From Cycas panzhihuaensis (lineage: Eukaryota; Plantae; Cycadophyta): a stretch of 64,000 bases of DNA. The position numbers were made by a program, and so were the translations under genes. The notes under the pieces are model-generated. The model was not told the origin of the DNA. It did not search any database and was given only the letters and a program-made list of their open reading frames with translations. How positions within the stretch are numbered: the stretch's first letter is position 1; each line of letters opens with the position of its first letter. Positions 1-12,609 of this stretch are shown here, in pieces. The stretch covers positions 154,573,741-154,637,740 of the forward strand of contig CM041465.1 in NCBI GenBank assembly GCA_023213395.1, given 5' to 3'.

Positions 1-974
1 AGTATTTGTCCCTAATTTATATGACCTAGTTCTAACATGAATGGAATAGCTTAAGGTTAGGAAACAATGCTAAATTAAATTATATAGAAATCCTCCATAC
101 AGTAAATTACTGGCAAATACATAGGAAGGACATAATTGAGATTGATTACTATTATATTTTGATAAATTTTTAATTGGTAGTTATAATAGGTGTAAATACA
201 TACAAAGCATAATGGATCAAATACTATGAGTGTAGGAATATGAGAGTATAAGAGTTGTCTCCATGAGGTGGAGAGATAATAAAAGGAAAGTCTATGATCA
301 TAGGGGTAATGAACTTCTCTACAAATACCCAAAATTTTAAATGCCATGCACCATTTGTAAGAATTTATATAGGCCATAAATAGACCACATGGGTATAAAC
401 ATCCAATCTTTGTAAATCTACTATAATTATTTAGTCTATAGAAGATGCTCTGATACTACTTCTAGTAATTTCAAGTAAACCAAATGAGCCCAAGTAATAA
501 AAATTACTAAAGATGTGGTTTTCTAAACTAAATAATTTTAAAATGAATACTATAATCTATCTCTCTTTTTTTTTCACTACTTTTATATGCATTTACTGGT
601 TTGTTTAATAAAGATGACTTCAAATAAAATTAAGTCTCATTATAAAATCACCTTTAAAAAATAAGAATTTTATAATTATGATCTTAAAATAGAATGAATA
701 AAATTGTTAAAAATAGATCATAATGTCAATCTTCTCATTAGCTTCTAAACATACAGTTAGAGGCCCTAAACATACATCGTATAAGAGATTTATATTAGTT
801 TCAAATTTGTAGTATTAAATATAAATTATTAAAGATCAATTTCACTTTAAACCATTGATTATTTTTTAGGCTAATCTTAGCCCGAAATAATTTATAATTA
901 GATGAGTAGAAATATATAAGGAGTGGATCAATAATTTAAAAGATCAAACATTTAAAGTTCTCTTGGTTTCTTTA

Positions 975-1235
975 TTGAAGGGTGAGCGGGAGTCAGAGGG
1001 AGTAGATTATTCTATAAAGGGCATCATTGATAACAAATTTCTAGCATACAAAGGTAGTGTTAAAAAACACCTCAGGTTTGAGAGTTGGGGAAAAGCCCAA
1101 TGTCTATCGTTATTTGGTGTTTAAAACACTTTTTAAAAAAATATTATCCAGTTGGATATTATCACCTAATATTAGTTCCACCATCTCTAATGTTAACACA
1201 CATACATTAACAATTTAAATAAACATTATCTAATA
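975..1235 (-). repeat. 3' LTR of A, truncated on its left side
   Basis: Aligns with ~15073-15344. Similarity stops near 975. Abuts the PPT. Confidence 0.85.
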
Positions 1236-1249
1236 ATTCTCCCCTATAA

Positions 1250-4200
1250 TGTTCATTTAGGAAGTCTCTAAGCTTGTCTCTGAATTTATGGAACTTAATC
1301 CATCTAAGAGCTTTAGTAAAGATATTTGCCACTTTTTCTTTTGCGCTATAGTAAATTAACTCAATCTCACTAGCTTAAACCAACTCTCTAATGAAATGAT
1401 GCTAAGTCTTGATATGCTTCATTATACTATGAAATACTAGATTTCGAGTTATTTGAATGGTACTTTGGTTATCACATAATATAGGTGTAAGACCATCTTA
1501 TTTTACCTGTTGATCTTAGAGTAGTCTTGGTAGCCAAACTATTTCACAACCTCTTGCTACTCTTGCTTTGTATTTTACTTCCATAGTAAACAAGGATACC
1601 CTATTTTATTTCCTTTTACTATAAGATATTGATGTTGAACCTAAAATAAAGGTGTAACCTAATGTAGACTTTGTATCATCGATATAACCTACCCAATCAG
1701 AATTACTATAGCAAACTAATTTGAAGTCTATTGATGACTTGTAATAAATTCCATAGCCAATTGTTCCCTTTAAGTATCTAAGGATTCCTTTTACTTCTTG
1801 CCAATGTGATATCCTAGGATCTTATATGAATCTAGAAATAACACTTATTGCATATGTGATATCTAGCTGAGTTGATATCAAGTAAACTAAACTACCAATT
1901 AGTTACCTATAGAGAATAGGATCAATTGATATAGACTCTTCATACTTAGATAATTTTTCCCTGAATTTAGTTAGTGCAGTAAGTGCTTTACAATTACTTA
2001 TATTAAACTTTTGTAATAAGTTTGCAGTGTACTTTCTTTTAGAAACAAATATCCCACTCTCATCTTTCCATACTTCCAAACCTAGGAAGTAGTGCACGAG
2101 TCCTAAATCAATCATTTTAAATTCCTTACATATATCTTCTTTAAACTTTTGAGACAAGTAAGGATTATTACCTATATAAGCAGGATCATCAATATATAAC
2201 CCCACAATAATTATTAAACTTTCTTCAATCCTGATGTATAAATTAAGGTCGAATTGACTTCTTTGAAAACCTTTATCTTTGAAGTATTTATTAATCCTAG
2301 AGTACCAAACTCTAGGTGTGTGTTTGAGTTCATAAGAGGCCTTTTAATGTTTGTAGACCTTATTTTCTTTCCCATTTACTTCAAAACCTTTGGGTTGTTG
2401 TACATAAATCCCATCCTCTATGTACCCATTTAAGAAGAAACTTTTAACATTCATTTGTTAAATAGTATAACCCTCTTATATAGTTAAACTCATTGTTAGA
2501 TAAATGGTTTCCAGTTTGGTAATTAGGATAAATGTCTCATTATAATTAATCCCTTCAATTTATGTATACCATTTGGTAACTAGTCTTGCCTTGTATTTGT
2601 CAATTGTATCATCTGATATAAATTTGGTCTTATAAACCTATTTTGTTCTAATTATAGACTTATCCGGTGGTAAGTCAACCAATTCCCAAGTATTATTTTT
2701 CATTAGGGTATTGTATTTTTCTTTTATTACATCCTTTCATTTATCCTTAGTATTAGTCTCTTCAAAAGTATGAGGCTCATTATATTCTATAACTTGGTTT
2801 ATTAAGGTAAAGTTAACTCTATTAGAGCGAGTAGACCTTTTCTTAAAGTTATTGTCTAATATATATGTAGGATCATGACATATTTAGATCTATTTTAGAA
2901 CCATTTGATTAAATGTGTAAGGTCTAACTTTATTTGGACTTGATTCATGTATACTTGGAATATTTGTTGACTTAGGGTTTGAATCAATTTGATGTTCTTT
3001 AAAGATGATATCCCTACTCATAATGATCTTCTTTTCTTCTAGACCATAGAGTTTATAGGATCTAGATACATCATAATATCTTATAAAAATGCACTTGGTG
3101 ATTTTATCATCCAACCTTGTCCTCTTTTATTCTAGGATATGGGCAATTGCTAAATAACCAAAAATCCTTAGGTGATGTATGCTTAGCTTATGTCCTAACT
3201 AAGCTTGTTCTAGTGTGACCCACCAAACAGCCTTAATGGTACACCTACTCAATAGATAAACTATTGTATATATAATTTCTATCTAATATTTGAATCCAAA
3301 TTGCTTATCTTTTAGCATACTTCTATCTATTTGACTATAATTCTATTTTTTCTTTTTGTGACTCTATTTTGTTAGGGAGTATAAGTATTAGTGAGTTGCT
3401 TCCTTATACCATGGTAGTAGAAATATGCTTTGAATTCATTTGAAATGAATTCTCCCCTATTATCTGACCTCAGGATAAGAATTTGAAGGCCTCTCTATTT
3501 TTCAAAAAAGGTTTTAAAGTCAACAAAGCATTGAAAAGCATCTAATATAAATTTGAGAAAATAAACCTAAGTCCTTTTAGTGGAATCATTCATAAAGGTT
3601 ATGAAGTACTTTGTGCCACCTAATAAAGGTACATCCATAGGACCACATAGGTCTGTATAGATCAACTAAAGTGGTCCTTGTGCTCTATAGTTATTATTTG
3701 GAAAACTTTCTCTATATCATTTTCCAAGAATATATCCTTCACAAATTTATTTATTAACTTCTATAATAGGTAGTCCAATGACCATTTCCATTCTTTTCAT
3801 TACTACCAAGCTATTATAGTTCATATGGCCAAATCTCTTATGCCATGTTTCACTATCAACATTAGATGATGCTTTTAAGGCATAAGTGTCTAGTGGAAGA
3901 ATGACTAATTTGAATAATCTATCATTAGTCATTTATCCTCTTGCTACAATTGCTTTATTCTTTTTATTATCTTTCATTGTATACTTACCATTATCAAAGA
4001 TAACCTTGTAGTCTTGCTCCATCATCTGACCCACCAAAAGTAGGTTCTTCTTTAAATCTAGAACATGTAGAACATCATTTATAGTTCTTATTTCTCTTGA
4101 TTCTATAGTGATGGATACATTACCCTTACTAATGGATACATGAGTTATATTATCCCCAAATATAATCTTTCCTTTCTTAGACTTATTAATGTCTTTGAAG

Positions 4201-4632
4201 ATTTCTTCTTGATGGGTCATGTGGGTTGAACACCCATAGTTTATGTAGCAACTATCTTCTTATTTACTAACTACAAGACTTAAGAGAAAGAATCTATCAT
4301 TATTTATATCTTGAATTAAAATATTTGTAGTCCCCCTTTATGTATTCGAATTTTAGGAAAAGTAATGCTCTTCTAGATGTCCCATTTTTTGGAAGAAGGA
4401 GCATTAGATAAGTCCTCTTCCTCTTTGACTATAACTTCTACTTCTAGAGGTTCCTCTTCCTCTAGATGTTGCTCTACCTCTTTTAAAGAATTGACCTTAA
4501 CTTTGGCATTAGAAGTTCATTTGATCTTTACCTTGACAACACTGGTTTAAACCTTGATAACTTTCTTGACGTTGGAAGTTATTATATCCTTGGTAACATT
4601 AGTTTTATTCTCAAAATCTTCCTTGACTTTAA
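1250..4632 (-). pseudogene. A pol (RNase H, RT, integrase, GAG-pre-integrase, protease) and gag C-terminus
   Basis: Fragments LYIDD..FKMIDLGLVHYFLGLEV (RT), DDKITKCIFI.Y (integrase C-terminal), WHKRFGHMN (GAG-pre-integrase), KKNLLLVGQM (protease region). Many stops. Confidence 0.93.
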
Positions 4633-5003
4633 TGTTAAAACTATCTAATACCTCCTCCATTTCTTCATATCATTGTAATATAATGTTTGTATTATGTATT
4701 AATAGACCCTTTATTTAATTAAATCATATTTGATAGTAAGGTTGGGTCCATCTCTTGTGCCATTAAGTTGGCCTATCAAATTGTACTTTAATGTTGAATA
4801 GTGCCCTACCTTTATACATTATTTTTTATTTAATTTAAATGTAGAAGCTCTACCCAAAAAAGAGCCTAAAGTATGACGAATTTACCCATAACTTTACTAG
4901 TATATTTGTTGTGTTATTTTCATATTTCCTTTGAATATTTTAGTTATTTAGCATGATATACTTTGATCAATACACATGTATTTAGATTCTAATGTTTTTA
5001 TCA
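4633..5003 (+). repeat. 5' LTR of B
   Basis: TG...CA ends, matches 11456-11841, followed directly by the PBS. Confidence 0.95.
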
Positions 5004-5016
5004 TGGTATCAAAGCC
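5004..5016 (+). promoter_or_regulatory. Primer-binding site (tRNA-iMet) of B
   Basis: TGGTATCAAAGCC versus canonical TGGTATCAGAGCC. Confidence 0.9.
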
Positions 5017-6921
5017 TGTATGTGCCTAATTTAAAGTATTTTTATTGATTTAAAGCTCATTTACTCTATTTCTTTCATACTTTTATAAAAAAGCCAATGA
5101 AGCTAGTTACAACTGATTATAGCCTCTTATGGTAGATTTTTTACCCATTTACATTCATCTAGGGTTTCTTATCAAGTATGCAAAAGAAACATATGGCAAA
5201 TCAGGTTTTTTATTTATTGAAACTCTATTATTGATCAATTCTACTTATTAGAGCTTCATAGGTACTTGTGACAACCTTGTATATAGTCTTACTACCTGTC
5301 ATAGGAGATTCAAGGTAGTTTTAGGGCCTATTTGGCTCTATTTCTCTCTATCTAGCCTCTATAGAATCCTAGACTTTGGTAGTTGTTCCCTCAATCCAGA
5401 GCCTCTTTTCATATTCTGTCACATATTATGGCTTCATCTATGCCCTATGTTCCACCCTCTAAAATTTCACATCATTTGGAGTCTGTTTAAGGTGGTTTCA
5501 GATCTACCAAAGCTCTATAGGAGGTATGTGCCTCACACACAGGCTATGCGGCCAAGAAATTTAAAAATACATTAAAAATATTTTATATTTTTATCATAAG
5601 TTTGATACTTTAGTCATATGATATCAAATATGATTTAAATCTCACTTTAAATATGCCTTAAGCCTCTTTGTTTGGTCATATTCAACCTTTATATGACCTT
5701 ATTAAGTTGCTTAATGTGTAGACTTCAAATCTCATTCAACTAGATTTGATTATTTTAAATTGTGCACAAAACATTTAGCTTCTTATAATACTATTTCAAG
5801 TCTGCTAGCCCCCAAGCAACATTAGTAAGTGGTCATGTGCAACCTTCAGCTGACAGGGGGCCAATTTAAAGAATGCTTAACCCTATTTTCATTTACATTT
5901 TAGTCTTAAAGGGGTACCTTTGCCATTTTTTTGATATCTCCTTAATTACGTATCTATTTTAAGAACTGTCTAGACCACCAAAATGTAGGTTTAGAGCTCT
6001 ATAAGTTAAAATCAAATTGATCTAGATTTAGAGCGAATTTATAGGAGATATAAGCTACTCAAGTTAGCCTTTTATGATTGAGCTATTTAAGCCTTATTTT
6101 TCAAGTTTTAAAGGATCTTTTTAGTTTCTTTAAGGTTATTTTGCTAGATTAGTTTGTGGATTATCTTTCTTAGGTATTCAATTCTAATTTTTTAAGGCTA
6201 ATTAGTGCATGGTGATGTCTCATGTGTAGATATTACTCTTGGAAGATTGAATAAGTTCACTCTTAGAGCTTAGCCCATTAAGAGCTTTCTAAACCTATCC
6301 TTGTTATTTTAATTTGCTTTATTTCATCTTCCTTTTGTTTATTACTTTAAAAGGAACCTCTTGTATATAAGAAACTCACCTAAAAATTAAAATCTTCATA
6401 TTAAAAAAAATAACTCTAAATTAAACCCTCATTTCTAGCTTTACAAGGGGAACGATTAGGACCCATGAAGTTACCGCCACACACACACCCTTGGCTTACT
6501 TATATCAGATGAGGAATTTCATTGGCTACTAGGTGTATTAGATGGTAGGCTAAGGTAGAGACCCTACCCTTTAGAGTTTGGAGATTAGGCTAGACCTAGG
6601 GGTTGAGTGCCTTGGTTAGTAAGTTCTCACCACTAGATCTGTTGTTGGGTACAAGTTTGGCGTAGGTGGAAAAATAAATCAAAGGGGTTTTAAGACCTTC
6701 TTTGCATCCTATGTACTAAGGTATATTAAGCCCTTGACCTCACATACTAGTATATTAGTTCCCTGATTTTCCACTTGTGGGAAGACACCATTAGATATGA
6801 TAGTAATTAAGAGCTTTCCTAGAGATCCTTAGCTTTATAACTCTAGATTAGACTCCACTTACATAGATTAGTACCTAAAAACTTTGAAGACATAGATTTA
6901 AACGAAGAAAACCTTTCAAAT

Positions 6922-9900
6922 ATGGCATCACAAATACTTCTTTTAAACACCATTAAACTTAACAAGATAAACAATTGTATACCTTAGAAGAAGTAAGTCA
7001 AAAACTTATTCATCATGAACAAATTTTGGGCTAATGTTAATGGGGACATACCTCTTTCCATTCCTATACCAGACCCTAATTATGTCACAAAAATAATCCC
7101 ACTCAATCTTGTAGCCTTAGCAAACTTCAAAGCTAAGGACAACATAGTATTATCCTTCCTCCAATTGGCAGTTGAAGACCATGTAGATCAAAACATTGAA
7201 TCCTCCCAAACATATCATGAGGTATGGAAAATACTTTGTGCCCTTTATGAGAGAAAAAATGAATTGAGCTCTTTAACACTTAAATCCCATCTATTTACTA
7301 TGTCCTTTGCTAAAAATGTTACTAACCATTTAACTAAAGTTAAAATAATTTAAAATCAGTTGATTATTCTTGGTGTGGCACCTTCTAATCATGACTTGAT
7401 TTTTAGCATTATTAATATTCTACTTATTAAATACAATTGTTGTGTATCTAAGTTAGATGATAATTAGTCCAAGATAAACTTTATAACCTTTGAGGGTCTC
7501 TTCCTTTGAGAGGAGAATATACTCAACTGACTAGGGATGACATCAACATTTAACTTAGCTCCTACCTTTATAGCCTAAAATTCAGAAAAAAGTAAGACTA
7601 TTAATAAAGCAGCTTAATATCTTAATTGGTAACAAGACCTAACTCAACACTTGGAGTTACATCAACAACCAACTTAGTAGTAACTTATTGGCACCTCCTC
7701 CTCCTCTTATCTAATTCAGTAGTCTCAATAGTCTTAGTACCAACCATAGGGGTAGTCTCACAAGAATTAGTAAGGCAAACCAAATGTCACCCGCCTCTAC
7801 TATGGAAAAATTGGACATTTAGCTATTGAGTGCAGGAGATGGTAGGTTGATTTATAGTTCTTACAGATACTATGCTCTCCTCAAGGAGCCCCTTTTCAAT
7901 AATAAGGAGGCTCTCATTATCAACAAAGTGGTCCAATTCAATAATAAGAAGGCCTTTTCTAGCCACAAGAGAGGCCATCATGCCAACCTTAAGGCTAATT
8001 CTATTAGTAGAATTGGAATCTAAGGTTTACATAAGGACAAAGACCTTAAAATAGGTAATGGTTCTCAAATAAAAATAAAAGGAACTAATAGAATAATCAA
8101 CAATAGGGTGGTAATATGGGAGATGGTTAGGGCTTCTCCTCTTATAAACTATTTTCTATAGAAATGTCCTCATAGCTTGATGAGACCACATGACTCCTTG
8201 ATTCTAGTGCGATGAGATATATGATAAGTTTTAAAAAAATATTGGAAGAGACCCAACTAATCAACACTCAAATGGTTACATTTGGGGATAATTTAACATA
8301 CAATGTGACCAAAATTAGTAGGGTACTAATAATATTAAAGAACTCCAACATTATACACCACATCAGTAATGTGTTCCTTGTACCCAGTATAAAGATGAAC
8401 CTTCTTTCCATCAACCAAATAGACAAGAAAAACTTAGATGTCCTCTTTAGCTAAGGTATTTACAAAATTACAGATCATGCTAGAGGTAAACTTATGGCCA
8501 TAAAACATGAGGATAGTGCCTTATACATGCTTGATAGAGTCCCCCTTGACACTGCATCATAAAATGAATCTTGTTCCATGGCCAACTCAACTTAATCTGA
8601 TAAGGGGAAAGATGTAATTGATGAAGAGTCCCCTTACATATAGGAACTTGGAGAATTCTCTTATTCAAAGGATGATGTGATCACGAATAGCTCCAAAGAC
8701 CACCTATGTGATCAACGCCTAGGTCATTTGATCATGTATAGCTTAAACCTTATGTCTAGGCTCAAAATGGTACATGACGTACCTAAAATCAAGACATGCT
8801 AGAATATATATGAGGCATGCCTAAAGGGAAAGTATCAAAGAGAAAAAATCATTTCTAAGAATGCATGGGGAGCTTCATAAACATTATAGTTAGTGCACTA
8901 TGACATTTGTGGCCCTATGTCCATCTAATCTCTTAATAGAAGTTGGTATTTCATCACCTTCATATATGACTTCTTAAGAAAAGTACGGGTCTATTTCTTG
9001 AGAAACATATATCAAGCCCTAGATAGATTTAAAGAGTTCAAAGCTACTATAGAAAATGAAAGTAGGATGAAAATCAAGATTCTTAGATTTGATAATGGTA
9101 GTGAGTACATTTCAAATTAGTTCAATAACTTCTATAAAAAACATAACATCCAACATCATTTTTTTGCTCCTCATATACCCCAACAGAATGGTGTAGTTGA
9201 AAGGATGAATTAGAATTTAATCAACAATGGAAAAGCCATGCTTAGTGCTACCAACATTGCCACTAGATTTTGGGGCAATGCCATTACCACTATTGCTTAT
9301 CTAACCAATATAAGTTGCACAGTTGTAATTAGGAACATTACTCCAAAAGATGCTTGGTTAGGTTAAAAACCATCTGTAGCTCACTTAAGGATCTTTAGAT
9401 GCATGTCATACAAGCATGTCCTAAAGGATAACAAAAAGAAGCTTGAAGACAAGAGCCTTAAGTGCGTCTTGCTTGGCTCTATACCTAGTTGCAAAGCCTA
9501 TAAAGACTTTGATATGGTTGGTAACTAAGCTTGCATGACATGAGATATAATCTTGGTAGAAGACCATGGGAACTAACACCTTCTCAACCTCATATTGTAA
9601 CAACAGATGAAGTTGGTATATCACAAGTAACTCTTGAATAAATTTTAGAATCACCAACACTAGCCTCCTTCTACACTTTAGGTCTCTCATTAGTTTTAGC
9701 AATATCTTCATCATCCACTCAAGTAAGCATAAACTCACCTCCTATTTCAATTAATGACCTTTAGGTGGAAGCCACCAACTTTCAACCACCTCCTAGGTGG
9801 GTACAATAGCTTTTAAAGGATGCTCCTCCTATTCCCATAGTTACAAAGATGCCTTCTAAGATAAGACACTCTACAAACTTTGCCCTCATGGCACGTGTCA

Positions 9901-11430
9901 TTGAAACTCTTGAGCCTTCTATATTTGAGGAGGAAGTCAAAGATCAAATGTTGAAAGCAGCTATGGATGAAGAGATAAATTTGATCTTAAAAAATAACAC
10001 TTGGGAGCTAATTAAATTACCACCTGGGAAGAAAGTAATTGACTATATATAGTTGTACAAGACTAAGTTCTATATAGATGGCATCGTAGAGCATCATAAA
10101 ACTCGCCTTATAGTAAGAGGTTTCAAATAGTAAGAAGAATTGGATATGATGAGATCTTTACACTGGTAGCCAACATGATTATATTTCATTTGGTTATATC
10201 CTTAGTAGACTAATTTAGATGGCCTATTTATCAAATGGATGTAAAGAGTGCTTTCCTTAATTGGGAGTTCAAAGAAGAGGTTTTCTTAAAATAACCCCGA
10301 GACTATATTATTCTAAGACAAGAACACTTAGTTTGTAGACTCAAGAAAGTCATTTATAGACTTAAGTAGGTACCATGTGCTTGGTATGCAAAGATAAATA
10401 CATTTTCCATATAGCATAGATTCAATCATTCACCCTCTAACCCTTATCTCTATATTTAGGTTAGAGATAATTTGATCATAATCATTATTCTTCATGTAGA
10501 TGACCTTACTATCACTAGCAACGATACAGATGGAATTTCTTAGCTTCAATTATAATTAAAGAGCAACTTTGAGATGACTGAACTTAGATTACTCTACTAC
10601 TTCCTTGGAATTGAAGTTTGGCAAGAACTAGAGCACATCCTCCTAACTCAAACTAAGTATACTAATGAGATCTTAGAAAGATTTAAGATAACAAAATACA
10701 AGCCTATACTAATTCCTATAGAGACAGGAACCAAGTTAAACCTAGATGATTAAGGAAATCCTTTTGATCCTACTTTGTATCGACTATTAGTTGGGAGCCT
10801 CGTTTATCTCATTTACACTTATTTGAACATCTCATATACATCAAGGATCAATTCCATGTATATGTCAAAACCCAAATTATCTCATTAGAAAGTAGACATT
10901 AGGATCCTTAAATATATATGTGACACTTATCAATTTGGCTTTAAGTACAATAAGATTAACTTATCTATTCTAAAGGGACATACAGATGCTAATTGTGCTA
11001 GTTGCTAGGATACATTCCATTCAACTTCAGGCTATTATTTTAATATAAACTTAATTATAATCTCATGGAGCTATAAGAAGCAGCCTAATATTGCCATTTC
11101 CTTTATCAAAACATAATATAAAGTAGTTGTCCATGCTATAACCAAGTTGATTTAGCTTAGAAGGATTCTCGTCAATCTTAGACTTCAACAATGTGCACCT
11201 ACCATCCCGTACTGTGATAATCAAAGCATATTAAACATGACAAAGAATCCTGTATTCCATGCTAGAAACAAGTACATCGAAGTCCATCACCACTTCATCC
11301 ATGAGTATGTCTAAAATGAAGAAGTTAATCTTATCTATCATCCTATTAAAGACAAGGTCATCGGCATCTTCATGAAAGTACTTGGTAAACTAAAGTTTGA
11401 ATAGTTTAAGCATGAATTTGGCATCTAAAG
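6922..11430 (+). pseudogene. B gag-pol polyprotein remnant
   Basis: ATG at 6922, gag fragment (7015-7353), LVHYDICGPM (integrase), AMDEEINLILKNNTWELIKLPPGKKVI and MDVKSAFL (RT), KNPVFHARNKYIEVHHHFI (RNase H). Confidence 0.93.
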
Positions 11431-11455
11431 AAATGAAGTTGCTATTAAGGAAGGG

Positions 11456-11841
11456 TGTTAAAACTATCTAATACCTCCTTAATTTCTTTATATCCTTATA
11501 ATATAATATTCATATTATATATTAATGGACCCTTTATGTAATTAAATCATATTTTATAGTGAGGTCAAGTCCACCTCTTGTGCTATTAAGTCAACCTATC
11601 AAATTATATTTTAATGTTAGTAGATAACTATAAATAATGCCCTGTATCTTTTTACATTAATTTTTATTTAATTTGAATGCATAAGCTCTGCATAGAGGAG
11701 AGCCTATAGTGTGACAAATTCATACATAACTTTGCTAGTATATTTGTTGTGTTATTTATATATTTCCTTTGAATATTTTAATTATTTAGTATGATATACT
11801 TTGATTAGTCAATATGTATTTAGATTCTAATATTTTTATTA
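11456..11841 (+). repeat. 3' LTR of B
   Basis: Follows the PPT and matches 4633-5003. Confidence 0.95.
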
Positions 11842-12609
11842 TTTAGAAGTTGTTTTGACCTTAATACCTTTGATTTGGTCCTTGATAATTTCCTTGACCT
11901 TGATTTCTTCCTCTTCCTCTAGGGGATTACTCTCTTCTCTTATAACTTTGTCCTTAATGATTTTATCTTATCCTTGCCTTTGTGATAAAGACATGCTCAA
12001 CTGTCTCATAGCCTTCTTTCTTTTCTTCAACCGCTAGGAGCATGGCACTTAATTATTCAATTTGGAGGGTACTTAGATTTTTAGATACCTCAATACTAGT
12101 GGCTACTATTTCAAATCTCTTGACTTCTTTAACACATCTCAAGATCCTTTCTAAAACTCTTTGTTCACTTAGCACTTCTCCTAGGGATCTCATTTGATTA
12201 AACAAGTCTTAAATCTTAGTGATAAACTCATTTAGACTTTCTCTAGGTGACATCTTTAGATTTTAAATTTACTTCTAAGTGTTTTTAGTTTAGAGGATGC
12301 TGCTCCTTCATAAATCAACTTAAGGGTATCCCAAACTTCTTTGGATGTGGTAGCTTCACTTACTCTAGGGAAAATGTCATCCTCTAAAGTACAAAATATA
12401 AGGGCCAAAGTCTCATAATCCTTTTTGACATTTTTCCTATAAGCTTATTCTTCATCCTTAGTAGTAGTATCATCAATGTCTTCATATCCCTTGTTGACAA
12501 GTTCCCATATATCTTTTGCTATGAAGATATGCCTCATTCTCCTACTCTAATTAAGTAAATAAGAACCACCAAATTTAAGTACAATTATATTTCTAAGATT
12601 TGTTGCTAT
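11842..12609 (-). pseudogene. A gag N-terminal part
   Basis: Minus frame reads ..MRHIFIAKDIWELVNKGYED.., a typical Copia gag N-terminus. It continues the frame across the B insertion. Confidence 0.85.

Larger units (their letters stand above)
4633..11841 (+). mobile_element. Ty1/Copia LTR retrotransposon B, full length, degenerate, nested in gag of A
   Basis: LTRs 4633-5003 and 11456-11841 (TGTTAAAACTATC...TATCA/TATTA). PBS TGGTATCAAAGCC at 5004-5016. PPT AAGGAAGGG at 11447-11455. TSD TTTAA/TTTAG. Confidence 0.95.

Noticed and set aside
75-377. 100 aa ORF and the unassigned region 1-975
   Set aside because: No recognisable domain and composition typical of AT-rich noise. The faint resemblance to the G2 leader is too weak to call.
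6500-6520. Hammerhead-like CAGATGAG..GAA in the leader module
   Set aside because: Lacks the CUGANGA core and the required flanking stems.
6555-6566. 12-mer GTAGAGACCCTA shared by the Copia B leader and the Gypsy G2 leader (23337-23348)
   Set aside because: Many 12-mer matches are expected by chance within 64 kb, and the match does not extend.
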